IMG/VR virus record: IMGVR_UViG_3300033997_000092
Span: 1 to 64,000 of that record
Length of the DNA stretch: 64,000 nucleotides
Direction: 5' to 3' (one strand)
Made by a program: the position numbers and the translations under genes. This document shows, piece by piece, positions 55,853-64,000 of the stretch; position 1 is the stretch's first letter, and each line of letters starts with the position of its first letter. The notes beneath the pieces were generated by a model, which saw nothing but the letters and a program-made list of their open reading frames with translations, did not search any database and was not told the origin of the DNA.

Positions 55853-57475
55853 TTAACTGCGATCAACTAAACTTTCAGCAAAACGGATAGCACCACGTTT
55901 AGGAACAATCGCGTTAAGATGAATACGTTTCGTGTACCGTGTTGGATCGAGGAACACGTCACACACCAGGTCACCATTAGCAACCCATTCGTTTGGATTG
56001 TTGCGGCTGTCGCACACAACGTCATACCAATCCAGACCACGGTCAACACGGATAGGCTCAAGCATATCACGCATCTGACGGTTAATCTGAGACTGAAGGA
56101 AACTGTCGTTCGGCTGGAACACAGAAGACAGTTGACCGAAACGTACAATACGATGCAGTATTGCTAACAAGCGGCGCACACCGATGTCGTTCAGTGGAGA
56201 CTCAACACCGTACAGTGTATCTGCGTTCCAAATCACGTTACCATAGCCGCTCATGTTGCGGATATAGTTGATTTGGTTCTCAGTCAGTGCATTGCGGTCA
56301 CCTTGATCGTAGTCATAGCCAAGTGCTTCAACACCGGACAACACACCACGATTTGTACCAGCAGGAGCAAACCAAGATTTGGCTACACGGTCTGTACGTG
56401 CAAACACACCACCAACTTTACCACTCGGAGGAACAAAGTAACTGCGAGAGTTATCATCATCAAACAGTTTGAGATAAGGAGCATACAATGCAGCCGTAGA
56501 GCTGTTCATGTTCAATGTGTTACGACGGAAGTTGATTGCACGGTCAGGACGTACTAAGTTTTCTGGTAAGTCCAACACAGCTATACAGTCAAGGCGATTA
56601 GCAGCAATCTCATTGATTTTGTGCAGTATTGCCTCATTGGTATAGCCAGCACTCATTAAGATGTCCACGTCTACTTCTTCGTAGTCACGGTACAGGTCCC
56701 ACGCACGGAGATAGTCACCGATTGTTGGGTCAACACCGTTATCACCACCGAAGAACTGGCCGTTGTTAACACCAGTAAGAGCATCAGAAGGACCACCAAT
56801 GATTGCATTAATCAACACAGGCTCGTCAGTCTGTTGGAACTCAGGATGGTTCCAGTTGAAACGTACACGAATGCGGTCACTGAAAGTATTAACCACATCT
56901 TCTACGAATAACTGTTTACCGTCTTCTGATTTTTTGTAGAAAGTAGTACAGGCATACTTCTCAACAGGTACGCTTGAATCGCCTTCATACACTTCGATAA
57001 AAAACTGCTGGTAGTCTGGATCGTTTACATCTGGGTACATCACTACGTACAGGTCATCGCCCCACTTGCCGGGATTCTCTGCACTGATTAACATGATGTC
57101 GTTACCAGTTAAAGCAGCTTGTGCTGGGTCAGTCATACCTTGTGCCAGTTTAATAGGCGCACAGAAATTGCTTACTGTACGAATCATAATACCAGCGAAC
57201 TTGGCATCCCGAGCAACACGGGTATAGAACAGGCTGTTACTTTCCGTCAGGAAATGCTCAGCACAGTGAATACCGTAGCTTGTCTTTGGATCTTTTTTAC
57301 CGAACAGCGACTTCAATCGTCCAGTGTCAGTTAATTTCACACGTTGCATGACAGGACCGCGATGGCTAGCAGCACAAATTACACCTGTTGATACAGAGAA
57401 TGTACGCTGGCCTACGGCACGATCAATTTCACTTGTGTAAACACCTGCACTGGGATTATTAGGCCGTATGGACAT
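55853..57475 (-). CDS. tail sheath protein
   Basis: PSAGVYTSEID, WFAPAGTNRG, VRRLL, VVCDSRNN motifs. Confidence 0.95.
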   Translation of the reverse strand: MSIRPNNPSAGVYTSEIDRAVGQRTFSVSTGVICAASHRGPVMQRVKLTDTGRLKSLFGKKDPKTSYGIHCAEHFLTESNSLFYTRVARDAKFAGIMIRTVSNFCAPIKLAQGMTDPAQAALTGNDIMLISAENPGKWGDDLYVVMYPDVNDPDYQQFFIEVYEGDSSVPVEKYACTTFYKKSEDGKQLFVEDVVNTFSDRIRVRFNWNHPEFQQTDEPVLINAIIGGPSDALTGVNNGQFFGGDNGVDPTIGDYLRAWDLYRDYEEVDVDILMSAGYTNEAILHKINEIAANRLDCIAVLDLPENLVRPDRAINFRRNTLNMNSSTAALYAPYLKLFDDDNSRSYFVPPSGKVGGVFARTDRVAKSWFAPAGTNRGVLSGVEALGYDYDQGDRNALTENQINYIRNMSGYGNVIWNADTLYGVESPLNDIGVRRLLAILHRIVRFGQLSSVFQPNDSFLQSQINRQMRDMLEPIRVDRGLDWYDVVCDSRNNPNEWVANGDLVCDVFLDPTRYTKRIHLNAIVPKRGAIRFAESLVDRS

Positions 57476-57507
57476 AAGTGTTCTCCAGTTGTGTCTTCAT
57501 CAATAAA

Positions 57508-57906
57508 TTATGAATACTGTATGGTACAGCGAATAGGATCTTCATATTCACCGACTACAGTAAGCTCGCCCAATATAGGTCCCATCATAATAAACATCTT
57601 ATCAGGAACAGCGAATAATATTGGGTCAGTCATACCAGGAAGCTTGTACATGAGCCGGAATTTGTGTGCGGCTGTAATACTGATGAAGCGGGTAATTTTA
57701 CCTTCCTCGATGACGTGGGCAGAAGTCAAGGACACAGCGGTGTCCAAGCTAGTTATAGCAGCATCAGGCCCAATGCGTACACTGGACGAATTGTGCAAGA
57801 TAGATTCACGGGTATGTTGCGTAGTACAGACACCTTGCACACTGAAAGTAAGTGTTTTTCCAGATTGCCTGTAGCGATTTATACGCATATCTTTGACTGA
57901 CATCAA
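57508..57906 (-). CDS. putative head closure/neck protein
   Basis: Position between capsid and sheath genes; beta-rich. Confidence 0.5.
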   Translation of the reverse strand: MMSVKDMRINRYRQSGKTLTFSVQGVCTTQHTRESILHNSSSVRIGPDAAITSLDTAVSLTSAHVIEEGKITRFISITAAHKFRLMYKLPGMTDPILFAVPDKMFIMMGPILGELTVVGEYEDPIRCTIQYS

Positions 57907-58586
57907 GGCACCTCCACTGCAGGGCTGTTACCAGCAACAATATTAGTTGTCACACGTCCTTCGTTATTAATCTTAGGAACGGCTTTGTATTCACCGAATT
58001 GACTACGCATTTCCAGTGAATGGTTTATTTTGTAAACGCGAGGTCCGTCAGTAGCTTCATTACTCGAAGTAGGGAACGCAACTGATCTTGCACCTTGAAC
58101 TATTACGTTCCAGGAATCAGTACCACCCTCATCATCTGCCTCTATAGTAACGCCAGTGTACAGTGCTTTTGTACAGCAAGCTATACTAAGACGTTCAACA
58201 AGCTTACAGGCTGATTGAAGGCTATTTGTTCTTATCTCAAGCTCACAGTTAATGTTTGACCAGAACTTATAATGCTTGAGTATGTAAGTGTTATCCATGT
58301 CGCCAGATATAGAAAGTCCTGAGCCTGAACGCGCTGTCACACGTGGATTAGGAGCATCATCTGAAACGCCAGCGGATGATATTTTGATTATTGCAAACGG
58401 ATATAAATCAGTGTCGTCATTTTCAACGCCACGGGCATCCTTTCTATGCTTTCTTATAGCTTCAATTACCGTCTCTTCATCGGTTATCCAAATAATATCG
58501 ATACCGAATAGTTTACGGAATTTCATCATAAAAGCATTGATGGTAATCTCTATTCCAGATTCATCGCCAGTTATGTTTGCTGCCAT
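57903..58586 (-). CDS. putative tail completion/neck protein
   Basis: Position; YPFAIIKI pattern; ATG at 58586 (RBS weak). Confidence 0.55.
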   Translation of the reverse strand: MAANITGDESGIEITINAFMMKFRKLFGIDIIWITDEETVIEAIRKHRKDARGVENDDTDLYPFAIIKISSAGVSDDAPNPRVTARSGSGLSISGDMDNTYILKHYKFWSNINCELEIRTNSLQSACKLVERLSIACCTKALYTGVTIEADDEGGTDSWNVIVQGARSVAFPTSSNEATDGPRVYKINHSLEMRSQFGEYKAVPKINNEGRVTTNIVAGNSPAVEVP

Positions 58587-58600
58587 TTCGGGAACCCAAA

Positions 58601-58638
58601 GCAAAAAACCCAGAGCAAAGTCACCTCGGCTCTGGGTT
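58601..58638 (-). terminator. intrinsic terminator closing the head operon
   Basis: On the minus strand: AACCCAGAGC, 12-nt loop, GCTCTGGGTT followed by TTTTGC. Confidence 0.75.
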
Positions 58639-58712
58639 CAGTTTTAAACGAGACTTAGTAGGTTGTGTTTTGCTAGGTGAAGGTGAGAGGGCATCACCTG
58701 CATAGCACAACA

Positions 58713-59015
58713 TTACGTTTCGCTGTCTGCCCCTTCCGATGTATCAGCACAGGTGCGTTCTGCTTCCATACTGATTGAGATTTGACGCGAAAGTGAAGCC
58801 AAGCTTTCAAGTTCAACATCGTGGCCTAAATCACCAAAGTCACTGCTTGTAACGGAGAGGTCGGGTGCACTAGATTGCAGCAAGAAACGTACAGCTTCTT
58901 CGCTATCAGGCAGAGCCATTGAGTTCACAAACAGTTGACCGGCTTCTTCCACGTTGCCGTTCCTTAAACTTACTGCGGCTAGCGCTACTAATGCCAACGC
59001 AGAACATCTTGCCAT
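58713..59015 (-). CDS. small head-associated hypothetical protein
   Basis: AGGAG RBS; directly after the MCP. Confidence 0.7.
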   Translation of the reverse strand: MARCSALALVALAAVSLRNGNVEEAGQLFVNSMALPDSEEAVRFLLQSSAPDLSVTSSDFGDLGHDVELESLASLSRQISISMEAERTCADTSEGADSET

Positions 59016-59058
59016 AGCGGTCTCCTACTTGGAGAAGTTGGGGACTAAGCCCCAACTA

Positions 59059-60156
59059 TTAACGCTTGGCTTTTGCTACTGAGCGTGGGTTGGCCAGAAC
59101 GAAAGACATGATTTCGTTCAGTAACCAGCCCTTAGTAGTTTCACCCTGATTCTCGCCAGAAGTCGGACGAGAAGTGATACCACCACGCACGTTCATTACA
59201 CCGTGGTTCTCACGGTCAGAAACAACATAGATGTCACCACGATCCAGAACACGTTGGTTCTCAGGACGGTAACCGTCTGTCATCAGTTCCAGGCCGTACA
59301 GTGTACCAACTTTACCAGTCATTACCAGTTCATACTGGGCAACTGGAGTCAGAGCATCAGCCCACTGAGGTTCAGCGATGATGTCTTCCCAGAAGTTGTT
59401 GGCGATCAGAGCTTTAGTAGCCGGCAGGTTCCAGTCAGTAACCTGAGTACGCAGTGCACCGATAACAGCAGGAGTTAAACGGCCTGAAATCAGAGTGATG
59501 TTGTTAGCAACACCGACAGTCATATCAGCAGCACGTTTCCAAATGCGGTCGCGGCCAGTAACCATTGCTTCCAGAGCTTGACCGTAAGCGTGGTCCAGCA
59601 AATCGTGAGTAGCCTGACCCAGGTCTAACTCAGATACACGGACGTTTGCTTTCAGTTCAAATTCCTGAGGGAAGAAGTAACGGTCTTTGATCAGCTGGTA
59701 ACCCATTTGAGTCGGGCTAGTAGCCACAACAGCTTGAACATCGTGACGAGGCATTGGCACACGTGGCGCTTCACCTTGACGCAGTTCGTTGATCATTACC
59801 AGGCTTGACATGAAGCCTTGACGGGTTTGCTGTTCACGGACGTCTTCAGAAATGGTAGCACCTAAAGATGCCCACAAATCAGCGTCAGCGTGTGCCGCTT
59901 GCAGAATGTCGCGCTTATCAGCGTTTGACATTGAAGCGAAAGTTTTCTGACCTTCGTTAACAGCAACAATTTGACCGCTGGCTAAAGCCATCATCAAAGC
60001 TTGTTGTTGTTGCAACAGGTCTTTAAAACCAGAAGCGTTGATTTCACCAGTTGAGCTGCTAAGGGCTTTCATACCCTGACCAGGCAACACCAGATCCGCT
60101 AAATCGCCGCCGTTGGCCAGACGAAATGTTACACCCTGCTTAGGTAAGTTCTTCAT
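59059..60156 (-). CDS. major capsid protein (HK97 fold)
   Basis: About 365 aa, strongly biased codon use, HK97-like pattern (FELKANVRVS..., GKVGTLYGLELMTD); ATG at 60156. Confidence 0.85.
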   Translation of the reverse strand: MKNLPKQGVTFRLANGGDLADLVLPGQGMKALSSSTGEINASGFKDLLQQQQALMMALASGQIVAVNEGQKTFASMSNADKRDILQAAHADADLWASLGATISEDVREQQTRQGFMSSLVMINELRQGEAPRVPMPRHDVQAVVATSPTQMGYQLIKDRYFFPQEFELKANVRVSELDLGQATHDLLDHAYGQALEAMVTGRDRIWKRAADMTVGVANNITLISGRLTPAVIGALRTQVTDWNLPATKALIANNFWEDIIAEPQWADALTPVAQYELVMTGKVGTLYGLELMTDGYRPENQRVLDRGDIYVVSDRENHGVMNVRGGITSRPTSGENQGETTKGWLLNEIMSFVLANPRSVAKAKR

Positions 60157-60200
60157 ACCTTGTATCTCCAAAATTGTTCAACCGAGAACTCAGCGCCTAA

Positions 60201-60893
60201 TTAGGCGCGGATTTCCAGACGTAAGAAAGACGATTCAGCAGACGGGCTGCCTAACACAACTACGTTGGTCAGCAGAGTACCGTTGCCGCCAACTGTGAAC
60301 ATACCGTTCTGGCCCAGTTTCGGGTGAACAACAGAAGTCCAGTCAACAGACGCATCAAACATAGAAGTTTCGATAGTACCACGCTGAACAACACCAGTAG
60401 AACCGAACTCAGCAGAAGCTGTGTTGACACCGCCCAGGTGATCACCAGTGAATTGCTTAGCTTCAGAAGCCAGCAGTTCGTAGTGGTACTGAACAAATAC
60501 TGATTTACCTACGTCAGCGGTATTGAAGAATACGTCTTTACCGTTAACAGTAGCAGTGCCTGCATCACCGGCAGAAGTACCTGCGCTGATAGTTGCTTTA
60601 GTGCCAGCAACTTTAACCAGCAACTGGCCAGTAACAGGAACGCGGTTCAGACTGATTTTGCCGCCAGTAGGAATTACGTGTTCTTCGACCATAGTCGCAC
60701 GTGAAGGAGGCAGGTTAACGCTCATGTTCAGACCAGCGAAAGTTTCACCTTCAACGCCAGTAGAAGTAGATACGTAGGTCTTACCGTCTTCTTTGACGTA
60801 AACCAGAGCATAACCTTCTTCGTTCAGCGCCAGGCCAGGAAGGATATCGAACGGGTTGGTCTCGAAGAACTGTGATTGCTTGTAGTTCAACAT
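60201..60893 (-). CDS. putative head decoration/structural protein
   Basis: Between scaffold and MCP; beta-rich; highly expressed-type codon bias. Confidence 0.6.
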   Translation of the reverse strand: MLNYKQSQFFETNPFDILPGLALNEEGYALVYVKEDGKTYVSTSTGVEGETFAGLNMSVNLPPSRATMVEEHVIPTGGKISLNRVPVTGQLLVKVAGTKATISAGTSAGDAGTATVNGKDVFFNTADVGKSVFVQYHYELLASEAKQFTGDHLGGVNTASAEFGSTGVVQRGTIETSMFDASVDWTSVVHPKLGQNGMFTVGGNGTLLTNVVVLGSPSAESSFLRLEIRA

Positions 60894-60958
60894 AACTGTT
60901 TTCTCCAGAATTATTTAAGCTAAGTATCTAAGCACCGTGTGCCTTGAAACTTAATGAC

Positions 60959-63061
60959 TTAGTTTTTGCGTGCCGCGGCAGCCAATAAATTACCCCAACC
61001 GGTACCAGCCTTGCCTTTAGCACTCGCAACAGCTTCTAACTGTTGTGGTTCTTGCTGGACAGACTGTTGCTGATTGGATTTCTTCACATCCCAGTCACTC
61101 AGACGTTGTTCAACATCCTTGTGGCCGGCTGCCTGATAGGAAGCTTGCGCTACCATATCGGCGTATGAGTTCTGTACTTCAAGCGGCTGAGACAACAAGT
61201 TCATAGCTGCTTCAACAACCATCTGGCTGGCTTGGTCGCCAGTGTCCTGGAAGGCTGTGTGTACAATCTGCTCTGCATTACCAACACCAGCAGCACTTAA
61301 CGCCGCAATCAAACGATTAATCGTTGGGTTAGTTTTGCCTTTAAACACACCACGGTTGATACCCATGCTGGCAGTAGCCAATGCAGCCATCAAACGAGTT
61401 TTAGTTTCTTCACGCTCAGCGTCTACCTGTTGCAGAGTTTCCTGAACACGGGCTTCGGCTTTAGCCATGATTGCATGTTCAACAACTGCTTGAACATCGA
61501 TATCTGGATTGATACGGGCGAAGCCGTAATCAGTCAGAGCCTGTTCAATACCATCAGCGTTAGCAGTAGCAATAACTGCGTCACGGAAAGTAGGAGTTGA
61601 GAAGATGCGTTTCAGTTCAGCATTACCGTCGACGGCAGAGGCAGTAGCTACTGCAACTGGAGTACGGTCATAGAATGCTGTCCAGGTGATTTCGCCACCG
61701 ATTACACCACAGTTCGCAACAGCAAACAGCTTAGCATCGAGGTTACCGCCAGTAGAAGCTGCTATTGCAGTCAACATATCAACGTCCAGTTCATCAACAG
61801 GTTCACCTGTATGAGTACCAGCAGATGATTCAGATTCCAACTCACCGTCTTCATCTTCATCGCCTGTATAGGCATCGTCATCCAAGTCTTCATCCAGGTC
61901 TTCATCGTCAGATGATTCAGATTCCAGTTCGCCGTCTTCGTCTTCGTCGTCGGCATCCAGATCGTCTAAGTCGAGGTCAAGATCGAGGTCTTCGTCTTCA
62001 TCAGACTCCTCTTCTTCCTCGTCTTCGTCTTCTTCATCACCGTCAGAAGCCTGAGCTTCTAAACGTGCCAATTCGGCATCAAGATCAAAGTCGTCTTCGT
62101 CGGATGATTCAGATTCCAACTCACCGTCTTCATCTTCGTCTTCATCCAACTCCAGGCCTTCGAGGTCTTCATCATCACCATCGAGATCCAGGTCAGCGTC
62201 TTCGTCGTCACCGTCTTCATCATCAGATGAAACTGAGAAAAGTTCTTCCAGTTTATCCATTTCAGCAGACAGAGAATGTAAGCAACCTGAGTCCTGTGGA
62301 TCTAACAGGCCGCCGCCACATGAAGGACATACAGTCACATCAGAACTGGTACTTACGATAACATTACCGCAAGTGTCTGAATGAGAACATAAGTACAGGT
62401 GGGCTTCAACTTGTTTACCATCAGAGGCTTCTGCTTGGAACGGAGTCTCTGACTCAACTTGTTCCAGGTCGTCCATACCTTCAACTGGGTCAACATTAAA
62501 ATGTACCGAGTTGTGGCTAATGAAAGTACCGCTCTCTGAGGTCAGAGTAACAGTGTCTTCACCGCGACAGGCAGCAGCAAAAGAGTCACGCGCTTCTTCA
62601 GCAGTAGGAGCAGCTACGATTACGATTGGCTGGTCGGTAGTACCGGCACCAGTTTCACCTTCATCAGAGCTGAGTGCTTCAATTTCAGAATCGCTTAATT
62701 CAGGGATTTGGGTGCTGCACTGTGGACAATATTCTAAGTCAGAAGACTCAGAAAGTAAGTGGGCACCGCAACCATCAGCACAGATGGTGTAATTAACTGT
62801 CACTTTGTCACCAACAGAGGCTAATGCTTGGAACGGCATATTACCTGTGTAAGGGGTCAAGTCATTCTGACCTGTAAGCGGGTTGTACGGCTCTGTAGCA
62901 GAGGCGTGTGTCACGAAAGTGCGTTTATCGCTGTCTTGAAAAACAGCTACACTACCTTCCTGTGCATACGCTACTGCGGCAAACAGGGCCTGCGCTTCAT
63001 GTTTAGAACGACCAGCGACAACGATACCAGAGTTACCTGGTTCCTTTTTACGCTTGATCAT
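60959..63061 (-). CDS. putative prohead scaffold/core protein with two Zn-ribbon modules and a long acidic tract
   Basis: First gene of the head operon; about 140-aa D/E tract; coiled-coil C-terminal half. Confidence 0.6.
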   Translation of the reverse strand: MIKRKKEPGNSGIVVAGRSKHEAQALFAAVAYAQEGSVAVFQDSDKRTFVTHASATEPYNPLTGQNDLTPYTGNMPFQALASVGDKVTVNYTICADGCGAHLLSESSDLEYCPQCSTQIPELSDSEIEALSSDEGETGAGTTDQPIVIVAAPTAEEARDSFAAACRGEDTVTLTSESGTFISHNSVHFNVDPVEGMDDLEQVESETPFQAEASDGKQVEAHLYLCSHSDTCGNVIVSTSSDVTVCPSCGGGLLDPQDSGCLHSLSAEMDKLEELFSVSSDDEDGDDEDADLDLDGDDEDLEGLELDEDEDEDGELESESSDEDDFDLDAELARLEAQASDGDEEDEDEEEEESDEDEDLDLDLDLDDLDADDEDEDGELESESSDDEDLDEDLDDDAYTGDEDEDGELESESSAGTHTGEPVDELDVDMLTAIAASTGGNLDAKLFAVANCGVIGGEITWTAFYDRTPVAVATASAVDGNAELKRIFSTPTFRDAVIATANADGIEQALTDYGFARINPDIDVQAVVEHAIMAKAEARVQETLQQVDAEREETKTRLMAALATASMGINRGVFKGKTNPTINRLIAALSAAGVGNAEQIVHTAFQDTGDQASQMVVEAAMNLLSQPLEVQNSYADMVAQASYQAAGHKDVEQRLSDWDVKKSNQQQSVQQEPQQLEAVASAKGKAGTGWGNLLAAAARKN
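61824..62137 (-). repeat. three intragenic repeats encoding EDEDGELESESS
   Basis: Copies start at 61824, 61911 and 62103; the first and third are identical over 35 bp. Confidence 0.85.
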
Positions 63062-63151
63062 CGGTTTCTCCTTTCGGATTGTTTAGAACACCACACAGAG
63101 TCTTCTGATTCTGCATATATTAAAATTAAGTTTCGCAGAAAAATATCTACG

Positions 63152-63203
63152 AAAATACCGGTATTTTTAGCAAATAATTTACCGGTATTTTTCAGCGAAT
63201 TTT
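63152..63203. repeat. palindromic tandem repeat (TACCGGTA core, 24-bp period)
   Basis: Perfect palindrome AAAATACCGGTATTTT at 63152-63167; TACCGGTATTTTT occurs at 63156 and 63180. Confidence 0.8.
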
Positions 63204-63226
63204 CGAGACATTACAGCGTAAAATCA

Positions 63227-63697
63227 TCAGTAAGTTTCGATTGATTTGTAGAATTTTTCAAGTCCTTTTAGATTAGGAGAATATCCATGATCTCCGACCA
63301 TCTTGAAGAACTCTGCATTTTTCAAATCCTTCAAAGGATTGTTTTCGCGTAGCTCACCTTTGGGATGAATATAATCAGCGACGAACGTATCCCAATCGAC
63401 ACCATACGACCGCATTTCTTGAGCAAATATAAAGAACTTTTGCCATTGAGCTTGATCGTCTCCGTTCAGGTCAGTCAACGAATAGTGTTGAATGTCTGAA
63501 TCGGATAGTGGTTTAGGATAAACTACGATGCCGAACCTGTAGCGACTCTCAGGAAGTTTCCTTGTTATCGATTCAGGTATATCAGCAGGAGCTATAAAAC
63601 GTGAGTGACCTTTCGGCTGCGTTCCTAAGCTGAAGGGACGCAAACGCATCCCATACAGGTATTCTTTAGCTTTAGCAATACTGACTAATACGCGCAT
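63227..63697 (-). CDS. DarA C-terminal-like domain protein
   Basis: YLYGMRLRPFSLGTQPKG...FGIVVYPKPLSDSDIQHYSL matches my recollection of the DarA_C pattern. Confidence 0.6.
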   Translation of the reverse strand: MRVLVSIAKAKEYLYGMRLRPFSLGTQPKGHSRFIAPADIPESITRKLPESRYRFGIVVYPKPLSDSDIQHYSLTDLNGDDQAQWQKFFIFAQEMRSYGVDWDTFVADYIHPKGELRENNPLKDLKNAEFFKMVGDHGYSPNLKGLEKFYKSIETY

Positions 63698-63999
63698 TAG
63701 ATTTTATTCGCTATAGTCTTTTTGCGGGCTTTAGAGGCAGCAGCGTCTTTGATTGCTGTTTTAGGATCTGCCTTCAATGCAGCTCTGGCTTTACCTGCTT
63801 CACGTAACTTTTTACTGAAAGCCTTCAACGTACCGAAATTGATTTTAACTGCTTTACCCATAATAGAGCGCATCAGTTTAATCAAACTGTTTTTATGTTT
63901 GATAGGAACTTCTTTACCTGCTATCATTGCTTTCAGAGTATCTTTATCTTGTTTCGTTGCTTCAGGTGCTGCTTTATCTTCAGCAGCAGCTTTGGCGGC
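63697..63999 (-). CDS. Lys/Ala-rich protein, C-terminal part only (extends beyond the window)
   Basis: Frame is open from 63999 through the listed 63927 ATG to the stop at 63697. Confidence 0.7.
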   Translation of the reverse strand, partial: AAKAAAEDKAAPEATKQDKDTLKAMIAGKEVPIKHKNSLIKLMRSIMGKAVKINFGTLKAFSKKLREAGKARAALKADPKTAIKDAAASKARKKTIANKI

Positions 64000-64000
64000 T

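Noticed and set aside
993-60893. Ala-ending C-termini (LLSVA, SNLA, IAGA, EIRA) as ssrA-like degrons for the SspB system
   Set aside because: None matches LAA plus the SspB-binding AANDENY segment; consistent with chance.
61765-62361. 198-aa + strand His/Arg-rich repetitive ORF
   Set aside because: Antisense shadow of the acidic GAT/GAA repeats in the scaffold gene.
1116-62792. Numerous 60-150-aa ORFs nested in or antisense to longer genes
   Set aside because: They overlap better-supported CDSs and lack an RBS or recognisable motifs.
1-64000. tRNAs, CRISPR arrays, introns/inteins, IS elements, stop-codon recoding
   Set aside because: No cloverleaf, spaced repeat array, homing-endonuclease or transposase motif was seen by eye. 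Genes tile densely under the standard code with TAA, TAG and TGA stops. A tRNAscan/Infernal run would be needed to exclude small RNAs.

Overview
The window is part of a large lytic myovirus (jumbo-phage-like) genome in the standard genetic code. It has two converging halves. Positions 1-32434 (+ strand) hold about 55 tightly packed accessory genes, mostly hypothetical. Recognisable ones are an SspB-like ClpXP adaptor, a membrane-anchored lytic transglycosylase, a 2OG-Fe(II) oxygenase, dCMP deaminase, a Dam-type methyltransferase, two GNATs, a metallophosphoesterase, and SLOG, HAD and DHH enzymes. Positions 32447-64000 (- strand) hold the morphogenesis block: acidic Zn-ribbon scaffold-like protein, head protein, major capsid, neck, sheath, tube, tape measure and baseplate. 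That block is interleaved with a topoisomerase IB-like enzyme, an ADP-ribosyltransferase, an HDOD protein, MmcB, an Acb1-like 2H phosphoesterase and a DarA_C-like protein. From recollection only, the gene order resembles Lu11/PaBG/RSL1/Y3-type jumbo myophages, and SspB and HDOD suggest a gammaproteobacterial host. The most interesting signal is a short hydrophobic-S-x-S/A motif at the N-terminus of many unrelated late-strand proteins, which also recurs in the scaffold. It is a candidate prohead-protease cleavage or capsid-loading signal for injected enzymes. No tRNA, rRNA or CRISPR array was seen. All family calls come from motif recognition by eye; no database searches were run.
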